A program made the position numbers and the translations under genes. From NCBI GenBank assembly GCA_963766075.1, contig CAVYAN010000074.1, positions 11,864 through 75,863 of the forward strand: a stretch of 64,000 nt of DNA, written 5' to 3'. The DNA is from an uncultured cyanobacterium (GTDB lineage: Bacteria; Cyanobacteriota; Cyanobacteriia; Leptolyngbyales; Leptolyngbyaceae). How positions within the stretch are numbered: the first letter of the stretch is position 1; every line of letters starts with the position of its first letter. Shown piece after piece: positions 31,601-41,880 of this stretch. The notes under the pieces are model-generated. The model was given only the letters and a program-made list of their open reading frames with translations. It was not told where the DNA came from and ran no database searches.

Positions 31601-32706
31601 GTTAAGGTGGAGATGCAGCAGGCGATCGGGTTGGAGTGAAAGGCTTTAGCAAATTGCTCCTGACTCTGCTGCAAGGCGACTTCAGCCCCAATGCGTTCGT
31701 GAATTTCACTTTCTAGGGAAGCGTTGGCCATCACCAACTCTGCCGTTCGTTCTTCTACCCGAAATTCGAGTTCCGCATAGGCGCGCCGTTTTTCATCTTC
31801 GGCCCATTTGCGCTGCATTTCGGTGGCAGCGCGGGCCGCAAATACCCGCATCAGCACTTGGGTCCGCTCATTGGGCAAGCAGGGCTTGGTGTCGATAATG
31901 CACAGGTTACCAATCACGGCCTGCTGGGCGTCTAACAGGGGCAGGCCCACGTAGCTTTCTGCCTGCAATCCCTGTAATAGAGCGTTGTTTGGAAATAGGT
32001 CTTGCAAGCCGCTGGGATAGTTGTATAGTCGTTTGTCGGCAACGACGTGGCCACAGGGCGTACCTGCGAGGGCATATTCCACGTTATCGACGAGGCGATC
32101 GCCCGCCCAGACTGCGAGACTCCGCAGCGCATCTTCGGAATGGTGCGTTTTCTCCGAAATAATCACATAGGCTACATCCAAGGCTGTGGCCAGGTTTTGC
32201 GCCAATGCTGAAAAAAATTCTTGACCCGTGACCGAGGCGGTACCGCTGACAATCATTTGCAGAATTTCATCAGTCCGCTGCCGCTCGGCAATTTGGGTTT
32301 CCAACTCCCGATTAATGGCTTCCAGTTCTTCAGGGGTTTTGAGGGCCAAAAATTGGGGCAGCAGTTCCACGAGGGTGAGGGCGGTATAGCAGGAAACCAG
32401 CGCCGTGATGGCCCGCTCTGCCCCAGATACCCAATAGGCCGGGTGCCACAGGGTCCAAATGTCAAGGAGATGGCCAGTGCCGCACAGGATAATGAATGCC
32501 CCGAACAGCATAAACACTCTAGAAAAGGGCAATTCTTCCCGCTTTCGCACGAAGTAGATCAGCATGGCGGGAATCGAAAAGTAGGCGATGGCAATTAGCG
32601 CATCACTGGTCAGGTGTAGCCAGACCAGGGGAGTTTGCCAGAGGTAGCAATGGCCGTGGGGAATGTACTGACGCGGCGATAGCAGGTTGGATAGCAGTTC
32701 CAGCAT
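28667..32706 (-). pseudogene. Multi-sensor hybrid kinase (ethylene-binding-like TM domain, GAF, PAS, GAF, CBCR GAF, HisKA, HATPase, receiver), split by one frameshift near 29690 (pseudogene or sequence error)
   Basis: SDALIAIAYFSIP..FGAFIILCGTGH; QDTYLQ..ACYL; MSHELRTPL; after the shift ITLQFEVEDTGPGI..GTGLGLAISQKYAQMM runs in frame into ORF 28667-29515. Confidence 0.85.
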
Positions 32707-32870
32707 GGTCTTTAGGGAAGGGAATAGATTCAGCCGCAGGTCAGCGGCTAGAGCGGGCAGGTCCCGACACAGGCCGCCGCTTCATTCCATAGACTGCCCT
32801 TTTTTCGCCCGATTGTAGAGTGACAAGGGGAAAGAGGAAAAATTTGGAAGGCGGCGGCGGAGGGCTTGAA

Positions 32871-32906
32871 TTGTATACAAGTTTTGTATATGATAGTTGT
32901 ATGCAA
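32871..32906. promoter_or_regulatory. Three TTGTATACAA-like boxes at 13-bp spacing (GntR-family-like operator)
   Basis: TTGTATACAA 32871, TTGTATATGA 32884, TTGTATGCAA 32897. Confidence 0.6.
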
Positions 32907-33071
32907 AACTTGTCAACGGTAGAGTGCCTTTAAAACTCGGCCAGAAAAATATTCGGGTGGGTATCGGAGTGATGCGGATGCCTGTCTGGTATCGGGGTGA
33001 TCGGTTTCTGCTACCCGCGTTGCCGTAGCATCTGACTCACAGAATTAACTTGCAGCGGTGCTATCAGGATT

Positions 33072-33779
33072 ATGAGAATCAAGGTCATCAACCCCAATAC
33101 AACGACGAGCATGACTGAAAAAATTGCTGTGGCGGCCAAGGCCGTGGTCGGTCCCGGTACAGAGATTATTGCCTGTAATCCGGATTCGGGTCCCAGTGCG
33201 ATCGAGGGGCATTACGATGAGGCCCTCAGTGTGATTGGCGTGTTGGATGAAATTCGTAAAGGAGAGGCCGAGGGGATGGATGGGTACGTGATTGCTTGCT
33301 TTGGCGATCCGGGCCTGCTGGCCGCGCGGGAGTTGGCCAAGGGGCCGGTCTTGGGCATTGCTGAGGCGGCGATGCATGCAGCTAGTTTTATTGCGACGGG
33401 GTTTTCCATTGTGACGACCTTAGGACGAACGCGAGTGATTGCGCAGCATTTGGTGGATACCTATGGGATGTCTCGGTTTTGTCACAAGGTCCGAGCAATT
33501 GATTTGCCGGTGCTGAGTTTAGAAACGACCGAGGCGAGAACAGCCATTTTGCAAGAATGTCGGTTGGCGTTGCAGGAAGACCATTGTGGGGCGATCGTGT
33601 TGGGCTGTGGGGGGATGGCAGATTTGCCAGCGCAACTCAGTTGGGAATTGGGAATTCCTGTGATTGATGGGGTGAGCGTGGCAGTTAAATTTGTGGAAGC
33701 CCTGGTGAGTATGGGGCTGGGAACAAGCAAGGTGGGAGATTTAGCGTATCCCACAGCGAAGTCTTATTTAGGAATGTAA
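33072..33779 (+). CDS. Hydantoin/allantoin racemase (Asp/Glu racemase family)
   Basis: INPNTT, IEGHYDE, IACFGDPG, VLGCGGM, PVIDGV. Confidence 0.92.
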   Translation: MRIKVINPNTTTSMTEKIAVAAKAVVGPGTEIIACNPDSGPSAIEGHYDEALSVIGVLDEIRKGEAEGMDGYVIACFGDPGLLAARELAKGPVLGIAEAAMHAASFIATGFSIVTTLGRTRVIAQHLVDTYGMSRFCHKVRAIDLPVLSLETTEARTAILQECRLALQEDHCGAIVLGCGGMADLPAQLSWELGIPVIDGVSVAVKFVEALVSMGLGTSKVGDLAYPTAKSYLGM

Positions 33780-33947
33780 TGGAGCGGGAGTAATGGAGTG
33801 GAATGTAATGGAGCGGCGGAATTCATGGCCAGGAGTGAGGAAATTGAAACAGCTTTGGCGTAGCGGCATAGGGTGCGATTAAAAATGAAAATTCTCGTCT
33901 ATCTATAGTTTTAAGTTTGGGTCATTTCTGAGTCAAAGAGGGTGAGT

Positions 33948-35267
33948 ATGACTGTGACTTCAATGTTGACGGTGAATGGCGATCGCCTCAATCATCAGAT
34001 TAATCGCCTTGCAAAAATTGGGCGGCAGGCTTCGGGGTGTATTCGCCGGTTGGCATTTACACCGGAGGATTTGCAGGCTCGGTATTTGGTGCAGCAGTGG
34101 ATGGTGGAAGCGGGGATGGCGGTTCGCACCGATGCCGCGGGGAATTTGATTGGGACCTATGAAGGCACGGTGGCCGGGGCTCCGGCTTTGGCGACGGGTT
34201 CCCATATTGACACGGTGCCTTCGGGCGGACGGTTTGATGGGGTGCTAGGGGTGCTGGCGGGGATTGAAGTGGTGCGAACTCTGAGAGAAAGCCATCTGCG
34301 GCTGAATCATCCAATTGAGGTGATGGTATTTACGGATGAAGAAAGTACGATGATTGGTAGTCAGGCGATCGCGGGCACAGCGTTACTTCATGCGCCAGAA
34401 CGCTACCAGCCCACACCGGGCGATTCGATTCAAGCCTGTTTGGAGATTGTGGGTGGCAACTGGGAGGCATTAGCAACGGCGAGACGCCATGGGGCGGATT
34501 TGGCTGCCTTTATTGAACTGCATGTGGAGCAGGGGGCAGTCCTGGAAAAGGCCGGGTGTCGGATTGGCATTGTGCAGGGGGTGGTCGGCATTCGGCGCAA
34601 GGTGATTACAATTACGGGGCAGGAAAATCACGCGGGGACAACGCCCATGGATATGCGCCAGGATGCTCTAGTGGCAGCGGCTCAGGTGATTTTGACGGTA
34701 CGTAATATGGCCCGGAGGATGCCCAATAGTCCGGTAGCAACGGTGGGGTATATGGCGATCGCCCCAAATTCAGTGAATAGTGTGGCGGGAAAAGTAGACC
34801 TAACCGTGGATATGCGCGACCTTTCTCAAGAGCGTCTGGATCATATGGTGGAACAACTGCGGGAGGACCTGGAGTTCATTGCAGCGGATACGATGACGGA
34901 AATCAAAATGGCACCCCTCTTGTGTGTGGAACCAACGCCAGCGGCAGACCATGTACAAGCAACAATTGCATCGGTTTGTCAACGCTTAGGGCTGAGTCAT
35001 ATGCATTTACCCAGTCGTGCAGGACATGATGCCCTAGAAATTGGTCGAATTACGGATATGGGGATGATTTTTGTGCCGAGTCAGGCAGGGGTGAGTCATT
35101 CTGAGGCCGAGTATACTTCGCCGGAACATTGTACCCAGGGGGCCAATACACTGCTGCATACACTGCTGGATTTGGATCACTATTACGCGGTGCGTCGCGA
35201 GGTGTTTACCACTAATGTTAAGAAATTCAATCTGTTTGCGCGTCCTGGAGTGGCAGATCGCAATTGA
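33948..35267 (+). CDS. Zn-dependent M20 amidohydrolase (allantoate/N-carbamoyl-amino-acid type)
   Basis: [42 protein letters not shown]. Confidence 0.92.
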   Translation: MTVTSMLTVNGDRLNHQINRLAKIGRQASGCIRRLAFTPEDLQARYLVQQWMVEAGMAVRTDAAGNLIGTYEGTVAGAPALATGSHIDTVPSGGRFDGVLGVLAGIEVVRTLRESHLRLNHPIEVMVFTDEESTMIGSQAIAGTALLHAPERYQPTPGDSIQACLEIVGGNWEALATARRHGADLAAFIELHVEQGAVLEKAGCRIGIVQGVVGIRRKVITITGQENHAGTTPMDMRQDALVAAAQVILTVRNMARRMPNSPVATVGYMAIAPNSVNSVAGKVDLTVDMRDLSQERLDHMVEQLREDLEFIAADTMTEIKMAPLLCVEPTPAADHVQATIASVCQRLGLSHMHLPSRAGHDALEIGRITDMGMIFVPSQAGVSHSEAEYTSPEHCTQGANTLLHTLLDLDHYYAVRREVFTTNVKKFNLFARPGVADRN

Positions 35268-36456
35268 CCCCTAAACCCACCGCATCGCCAATTGTCGCCA
35301 AGCCGTGTTCCTCTAGCCGTGCCACGAGACCGCGCAGAATACGCTGCACCATCCAAGGCCCTTCGTAAGCCCAGCCCGTATAAACCTGGACAAGACTGGC
35401 CCCAGCGGTAATTTTTTCCCAAGCATCAGCGGCGGTAAACACGCCACCCACCCCAATGATGGGCAGTTTGCCCTGGGTGGTTTGGGCGATGAAGCGAATG
35501 ACCTCCGTCGATCGCTGCCGCACCGGAGCACCGCTAATTCCTCCCGCTTCTTCAGTAACGGGATTGCCGGTTTGCTCCAGGCGCACCGTGGTGAGGCCAT
35601 CCCGGCGAATTGTCGTGTTGGTGGCGATGATGCCCGCCAGGCGGTATTTCTGGGCCAGATCAATGACTTCGGCGATCGCCTCCCAGGTCAGGTCCGGAGC
35701 AATCTTAACCAACAGGGGCTTTTCGCCATCATTTTCCTGCTGTAGAGCCGCCAAAATGGGAGCAAGCTGGTCCGCAGCCTGGAGCGATCGCAGTCCCGGT
35801 GTATTTGGGGAACTAACATTCACCACGAAGTAATCGCCCCACGGCTTGAGTAGCCGAAAGCTGGCCAGATAGTCCTCAGCTGCCGCTTCTAAAGGCGTAA
35901 TTTTAGACTTGCCAAGATTAATCCCCAGGGGAATGGCACTGGCCTGATTGGCGGCCTGATCGGCGGCCTGATCCGCCATCCTGAGGCGTCCTTGCCCCCA
36001 CCGTTGCCGCAACTGCTCAGCCATCACCGCTGCACCCTGATTATTAAACCCCATGCGATTGAGGGCGGCTTGATCCTGAGGCAGGCGAAATAAGCGCGGG
36101 GGCGGATTCCCCGGTTGGCCCTGGTGGGTAACGGTGCCCAGTTCGGCAAAGCCAAAGCCCAGATGTGCCCATACGCCCGAAGCAACGCCATCTTTATCAA
36201 ATCCAGCAGCAAGGCCGATGGGGTTGGCAAAGGGAATACCTGTCGCTCCAGGATGTCCGAATAGGGTTTGTGCAAGGCGGGGGTCGGCCCACGCACAGGA
36301 CTGGTGTAGACGGGCTTGGGACCATTGCGACAGGGGGTTCGCGTGGGTAGCGTCGAGCCACGCGAGGGTGCGCAGCAATTGCCCATGGGCCCATTCGGCA
36401 TCGGCGTGGAGGCCAGAAAACAGAAGCGGACGGATGGCGTTCTGGTAAATATCCAT
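35227..36456 (-). CDS. pyrD: Quinone-dependent dihydroorotate dehydrogenase
   Basis: [41 protein letters not shown]. Confidence 0.96.
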   Translation of the reverse strand: MDIYQNAIRPLLFSGLHADAEWAHGQLLRTLAWLDATHANPLSQWSQARLHQSCAWADPRLAQTLFGHPGATGIPFANPIGLAAGFDKDGVASGVWAHLGFGFAELGTVTHQGQPGNPPPRLFRLPQDQAALNRMGFNNQGAAVMAEQLRQRWGQGRLRMADQAADQAANQASAIPLGINLGKSKITPLEAAAEDYLASFRLLKPWGDYFVVNVSSPNTPGLRSLQAADQLAPILAALQQENDGEKPLLVKIAPDLTWEAIAEVIDLAQKYRLAGIIATNTTIRRDGLTTVRLEQTGNPVTEEAGGISGAPVRQRSTEVIRFIAQTTQGKLPIIGVGGVFTAADAWEKITAGASLVQVYTGWAYEGPWMVQRILRGLVARLEEHGLATIGDAVGLGVNCDLPLQDAQTD

Positions 36457-36735
36457 GGGTTAGGTGGGAAGGCAGGGGCAATTTATCGTAACCGCTCCCG
36501 GGGCGCAGAAAAATTAAAACCTTTTTGGGGACCGCCTTTGCCGATGGGTGGCCCCAAAAAAGCGCCGATGGGGAAGTGCCGATGGGGTGGGGATCTGTTG
36601 CAGGGGGCGATCGCTGGGGCATGCTAAGCCCGTCGTCGTGCAGGACTGTTGGGGCGACATCTCTGACATCTGTATGGAGAACTATCGTTTGGAGAACTAT
36701 CGCTTGAGGAAATATATAGTAAGGACTCTATCACC

Positions 36736-38202
36736 GTGGTCGTAGCATCCTGGGAAACAGTTCTGGCCAGTCTTCGCCAGCATTGGGGCTATACCGATTT
36801 TCGTCCGCCACAGGGGGAGATTATCCGCGCGCTGTTAGAAGGGCGCGATACCCTCGTGGTGATGCCCACAGGAGGCGGTAAATCCATTTGCTTTCAGTTG
36901 CCCGCCTTACTGCAAACCGGCTTGACCTTGGTGATTTCGCCCCTAGTGGCACTCATGGAAAATCAGGTGCAAGAACTGCGGCAACGGCAGCTACCGGCGG
37001 CACTGATTCATAGTGAGTTGCCCCGCGCCGAAAAACAGCGGGTTTTGCATGACTTGGGGCAGCAAAAGCTGCGGCTCCTGTATCTTTCACCGGAGACGCT
37101 ACTGAGTCCACCCGTGTGGGAAAAGCTCTGTCACCCCGATTTATCAATTCAGGGATTGATCCTGGACGAGGCGCATTGTTTGGTGCAGTGGGGCGACGCT
37201 TTTCGACCCGCCTATTACCGCTTGGGGGCGGTGAGATCGGCCCTGCTCCACCATAAACCCGCTGGCAGTCGGATGGCGATCGCGGCCTTCACCGCCACCG
37301 CCGATCCCTATACCCAACAGACTATTGAACGAATTTTACAGTTGCAGGATCCGCAGATTTTTCGCTTGAATCCCTATCGTCCCAACCTCCGGCTCAGCAC
37401 CCAAACCGTGTTTACCCCACGGGGACGAAAACAGCGCCTCCTGCGGTTGATTCAATCCCAGGAGCGGCAATCAGGACTGGTGTATGTGCGGACACGACGG
37501 GATAGTGAACAGTTGGTCGCGTGGCTCCGGGATCTGGGCTATCAAACGGCGGCGTATCATGCGGGCCTTGGGGCGCTGGAGCGGCGACGGATTGAACAGG
37601 AGTGGTTAGCAAACCGGACCCAGTTTGTGATTTGTACCAGTGCCTTTGGCATGGGGGTCAACCATCCGACGGTGCGCTGGGTGGCCCATTACCATGCACC
37701 GCTGTTGCTGTCGGAATATGTTCAGGAAGTGGGGCGGGCAGGCCGAGATGGCCAACCCGCGATCGCCCTTACCCTAATTAGTGAACCCACGGGCTGGCTC
37801 GATCCGCAGGATCGGCAACGCCGCCAATTCTTTGAGCAGCACGGACTCAAGCAACAGCGGCGGGCCCAAGCCCTGATCAACACCCTACCGCCCCAGGGCG
37901 ATATTGCCACAGTGCTGCGGGCCAATCGAGATGCAGCGCTGGCGTTATCCTGGCTGCATGGCATCGGGCAATTGAGCTGGTCTGATCCCTTTCACTATGT
38001 TTTGCATCCTCAAAAGGTTTTGCATTTTCAAAAATTGCGGGATGCCGCAGCAGCCCATCCAGGCCAGGAGGTGCCGGGAAGCAGACAAATGGTGCAGTTC
38101 TTGCGAACTCGCCAGTGCCGCTGGCAGTTTTTGCTGGTCGCCTTCGGCTTTGCCGCAGAGGCCCAAAATTTCCGCTGTGGCCACTGCGAAAATTGCCGAT
38201 GA
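36736..38202 (+). CDS. recQ: RecQ-family ATP-dependent DNA helicase (short form)
   Basis: PTGGGKS, DEAH, TATA, QEVGRAGRDG, C-terminal Zn motif CR..CGHCENC. Confidence 0.93.
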   Translation: MVVASWETVLASLRQHWGYTDFRPPQGEIIRALLEGRDTLVVMPTGGGKSICFQLPALLQTGLTLVISPLVALMENQVQELRQRQLPAALIHSELPRAEKQRVLHDLGQQKLRLLYLSPETLLSPPVWEKLCHPDLSIQGLILDEAHCLVQWGDAFRPAYYRLGAVRSALLHHKPAGSRMAIAAFTATADPYTQQTIERILQLQDPQIFRLNPYRPNLRLSTQTVFTPRGRKQRLLRLIQSQERQSGLVYVRTRRDSEQLVAWLRDLGYQTAAYHAGLGALERRRIEQEWLANRTQFVICTSAFGMGVNHPTVRWVAHYHAPLLLSEYVQEVGRAGRDGQPAIALTLISEPTGWLDPQDRQRRQFFEQHGLKQQRRAQALINTLPPQGDIATVLRANRDAALALSWLHGIGQLSWSDPFHYVLHPQKVLHFQKLRDAAAAHPGQEVPGSRQMVQFLRTRQCRWQFLLVAFGFAAEAQNFRCGHCENCR

Positions 38203-38231
38203 AATCTGTCGGTGAAATCTGCGGGTGAAGC

Positions 38232-38546
38232 CTACGGTGAAGCCTGCTGGTGAAACCGTGTCAGCAAGGATTTAAGACTCGGCAGGTTCGCGATCGCCCC
38301 CAAGCTAACTAGCCCCACAGCTAACGCCACAGCCTGCGAGCGACGGTGAGCGCGCTGGTGGAGGAAGTGCTTCGTCCAGTGGACCACGAATCCACCCACA
38401 ACCAGGTACGGGAGCCACTGCAAACCCGGAATATTGACTCCCAGCCGGGAAAGACCAATAAGGAGGGCATCATCTAGCAGACTCAGCATGAAGATAACCA
38501 CTTGACCCAAAACCGTACTGAAAAAGCCATCGAAACTAAAATCCAT
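38232..38546 (-). CDS. Small hypothetical membrane protein
   Basis: ATG-started ORF with hydrophobic segments filling the gap. Confidence 0.5.
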   Translation of the reverse strand: MDFSFDGFFSTVLGQVVIFMLSLLDDALLIGLSRLGVNIPGLQWLPYLVVGGFVVHWTKHFLHQRAHRRSQAVALAVGLVSLGAIANLPSLKSLLTRFHQQASP

Positions 38547-38671
38547 ACATAAAACGTTACAAAACGTTGTTGAAAGAATCGGTCCAAGTCATTGCCTATT
38601 TCATGACTTCACCCTATACGAATTTGTTATCTAGGGTGTAAGCCTTAAGGATGTCTATGGATTTTCAATGC

Positions 38672-39091
38672 CTAGGCATTTTTGATCGGAGGAGACCAGG
38701 CCCACCCCAAGGCTGTGGCAATTTGGGTGGCCAATTCGAGGGGCTCAAAGGGTTTGGCAATAGCGGCTCGCATGCCGAGTTCCGCGTACTGATGGCGATC
38801 GGAGGCTTGGATTTTGGCCGTGAGGAGAATCACGGGAATGTGTTGGGTGGTAGGGTCAGCTTGCAGCGCTTTAAAGGTGGTAATACCATCCATATCCGGC
38901 ATCATCACATCCAACAGGATGGCGTCAGGCTGGGCTAGGGCGGCCATCTGAATGCCCTCCTGTCCCGATCCGGCGGTGATCACATCCCAACCCGCAATGG
39001 TTTCTAAACAAATCTGGGCAACTTCTTGGATATAGTCTTCATTATCAACAACCAGAATGCGACGCTTCGGTGAGTTCTTCGGTGAGTTCAT
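38672..39091 (-). CDS. Single-domain response regulator
   Basis: ILVVDNE, LLDVMMPDMDG, LLTAK, KPF. Confidence 0.92.
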   Translation of the reverse strand: MNSPKNSPKRRILVVDNEDYIQEVAQICLETIAGWDVITAGSGQEGIQMAALAQPDAILLDVMMPDMDGITTFKALQADPTTQHIPVILLTAKIQASDRHQYAELGMRAAIAKPFEPLELATQIATALGWAWSPPIKNA

Positions 39092-39102
39092 AGTTAGGAG
39101 CC

Positions 39103-40815
39103 TTAGGAACGGATCAAGGGCAACGTGAAGTGAAAGCTACTGCCTTGACCCAGGGTACTTTCAACCCAAATGGTACCGCCATGCTGGGAAACGATGCTGT
39201 GACAGATGGATAGACCAAGACCAGTGCCTTCGTGGTTGCGAGAGTCAGACGAATCGACTTGTTGAAAGCGTTCAAAAATCATCTCTAGCTTTTCTGGGGG
39301 AATGCCCCGACCTTGGTCTTGCACCGTGAATTGAATGGATTGATTTTGAGGTTTCGTTGTAATAAAAATAGTGCTGCCCATCGGTGAAAACTTGATGGCA
39401 TTACTGAGGAGATTAGTCAGTGTTTGGACAATGCGATCGCGATCGCCCCGCAATTCGGCTGCTACTGTCGATACGGATAGCTTTATCTGAGCCTTATCCG
39501 CAATCCCTTGAATTTCGTTAACAGCCGCAGTAATCAAATCGGGGACAGAGCACAGTTGGTTCTCCATTTTGACGCGGCCCGATTCAATGCGCTCAATATC
39601 CAGAATATCGTTAATCAGCCGAACGAGGCGATCGGTGCTATTGACAGCAATCTTGAGCAAGCGCTGACCTGCTTCGGAATTGGCATTCAGTAAACCGCTG
39701 GCCAATAGGCCCAGGGAGCCATGAATCGACGTCAGGGGCGTTCGCAGCTCATGACTGACAATAGATACAAATTCATCCTTCATCTGCTCAATGTGTTTGC
39801 GATCGCTAATGTCCCGCAGGATTACCGTACAAATGGGACCCATCTCCAAATCCAGTTTGGAAATAGAGGCTTCTGCCGCAAACTCTGTGCCATCTTTGCG
39901 GCGACCGTAGATTTCCTGGCGCTCGCCCATGCGGCGCGCCGCTGCCTGGGAACGGCTAAAGTTATAGATATGGCGATCATGGGCATGGACAAATCGAGGC
40001 GGCAATAGGAGCGCCAAAGGTTTTCCCAAAATTTCATCTCCCCGATAGCCAAAGATCCGCTCAGCCCCTTGATTAAACAGGGTAATGTTGTGGTCGCCAT
40101 CGATCGCAATAATCGCATCGTCAGCAATGCTGAGAATACCGGAAAACCGCTTCTGGGACGTTTCAAGGGCAACCTGGGTGCGTTTGTGCTGCTCCAGCTC
40201 GATTTGTAAATGTTGATTCACAAACATGAGTTCGGCAGTGCGCTCAGCCACCCGTAGCTCCAATTCCTCATTCATTTGGCGCAGGTCCATCTCGGCACGT
40301 TGCCGCGCCATGGCTCCCGCCAAGATATGGGCAATGGCCTGCAAAAACGCCTTATCTTCCGGAGAAAATATGCGCGGTTGACGGCTGGAGACTGCTAAGA
40401 GGCCGTAGGACACGGGTCCACTCGCGATCGCCACCGTTAAGCTACTTGCGGTACCACACCCCTGGAACAGGGATACTGCCGCCACATAGGGCAGTGGTTT
40501 GGGCAGAGGTTTGTCCATCTCTAGCCCCTCCTGGTCCGGATGCCAGCCCACACTGGCCCGAATCTGGAGCAGATCCTCGGCATCCTCCCCCGATACAGGC
40601 TCGGCAATCAGGCACAGATCGATGGCTAAGGCGTGAGCCACCCGCGCCACGGCAGCTTGCATTAGGGCAACCAAGTCATAGCCCGTCAGCGCCGCTTGGC
40701 CAAGCTGGGTGACAGCCGTGAGCTGAGGACAGCGATCGCTGATATCAAGGTCATCGGAGGCATTATCCTGAATGGGTAGGGACAGCAGAGGTGTGAAGGA
40801 GGTTAAGGGAGACAT
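39103..40815 (-). CDS. GAF-PAS sensor histidine kinase
   Basis: VSHELRTPL, NLLSNAIKF, DQGRGI, GTGLGL; PAS FNQGAERIFGY. Confidence 0.93.
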   Translation of the reverse strand: MSPLTSFTPLLSLPIQDNASDDLDISDRCPQLTAVTQLGQAALTGYDLVALMQAAVARVAHALAIDLCLIAEPVSGEDAEDLLQIRASVGWHPDQEGLEMDKPLPKPLPYVAAVSLFQGCGTASSLTVAIASGPVSYGLLAVSSRQPRIFSPEDKAFLQAIAHILAGAMARQRAEMDLRQMNEELELRVAERTAELMFVNQHLQIELEQHKRTQVALETSQKRFSGILSIADDAIIAIDGDHNITLFNQGAERIFGYRGDEILGKPLALLLPPRFVHAHDRHIYNFSRSQAAARRMGERQEIYGRRKDGTEFAAEASISKLDLEMGPICTVILRDISDRKHIEQMKDEFVSIVSHELRTPLTSIHGSLGLLASGLLNANSEAGQRLLKIAVNSTDRLVRLINDILDIERIESGRVKMENQLCSVPDLITAAVNEIQGIADKAQIKLSVSTVAAELRGDRDRIVQTLTNLLSNAIKFSPMGSTIFITTKPQNQSIQFTVQDQGRGIPPEKLEMIFERFQQVDSSDSRNHEGTGLGLSICHSIVSQHGGTIWVESTLGQGSSFHFTLPLIRS

Positions 40816-41095
40816 CGCACGATCCAAAATTCTCAGCCTGTTCGCTAGGGTTACTGGAATGGGCTAATTGTTCTCTCTACAGGTTGCTATGGCAGGCAGG
40901 TTGCTATGTCCGGTCATGATTTAGAGTTGATCTATATCAAACTCTCTATAGACTAGTGTAGCGATTCCATCGGAGATTAACTAATTGTATATTTAGTTAT
41001 CGATCTGTTTCTAATGATTAACATCTGCCCGCTCTAGTGCACTCCTTGTGAGAAATGACTGGGCCTAGACGCTGGGCCATGGCGATAGGAGGGGG

Positions 41096-41842
41096 ATGGT
41101 GCGCGTTTTGATTTTGGGGGGAACAGGGGACAGTGCTGCTCTAGTGGCAAAGATTTCACCTTTGCCCCAGTTTGAACTTGTGACGTCCTTGGCTGGGCGG
41201 ACGCAACACCCCACGCTACCCGAGGGGGCGGTGCGCACCGGAGGCTTTGGCGGGACGGTGGGCCTGATTCAGTATTTGCGGGATGAAGGGATCGAGATCC
41301 TGATTGATGCGACGCATCCGTTTGCAGTGCAAATGTCGTGGCAGGCGGCTGCCGCTGCCGCTGAGGTCAAGATTCCGTTCTTGATGCTCGTGCGGCCTCC
41401 GTGGACAGCCGTTGCGGGCGATCGCTGGATTACCGTGGAGACGGTTGAGGCCGCTGCCCAATCCATTCCCACTAACGCCTCGCGGGTTTTTCTGACCATT
41501 GGCCGACAGCACATTGCCCCCTTTGCGGCATTAACGCAGACTTGGTTTTTAATCCGATCCATCGACCCACCGGCATCGGATCGAGAACTACCGCCGGGAG
41601 AGCTTTTGTTGGATCGTGGCCCCTTTGACATCCAGTCGGAACGGCAACTGCTGCAGGACTATCGCATTGATGCCATCGTCAGCAAAAATAGCGGTGGATC
41701 CGCCACCTATGCAAAAATTATTGCCGCACGCGAATTGGGCATTCCAGTGGTGATGGTACAGCGCCCCGTGATGCCCGCAGGAACACAAGTTCCGGATGCA
41801 GAAACAGCTATGGCATGGCTAATGTCTAGAATAGAGAGGTAA
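41096..41842 (+). CDS. cobK: Cobalt-precorrin-6A/precorrin-6x reductase
   Basis: LILGGT, SLAGRT, GGFGG, DATHPFA, RGPF, SKNSGG. Confidence 0.95.
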   Translation: MVRVLILGGTGDSAALVAKISPLPQFELVTSLAGRTQHPTLPEGAVRTGGFGGTVGLIQYLRDEGIEILIDATHPFAVQMSWQAAAAAAEVKIPFLMLVRPPWTAVAGDRWITVETVEAAAQSIPTNASRVFLTIGRQHIAPFAALTQTWFLIRSIDPPASDRELPPGELLLDRGPFDIQSERQLLQDYRIDAIVSKNSGGSATYAKIIAARELGIPVVMVQRPVMPAGTQVPDAETAMAWLMSRIER

Positions 41843-41880
41843 TGGCCCATGCCCCACGATCGCTTAAGCGACAAGGCCAC

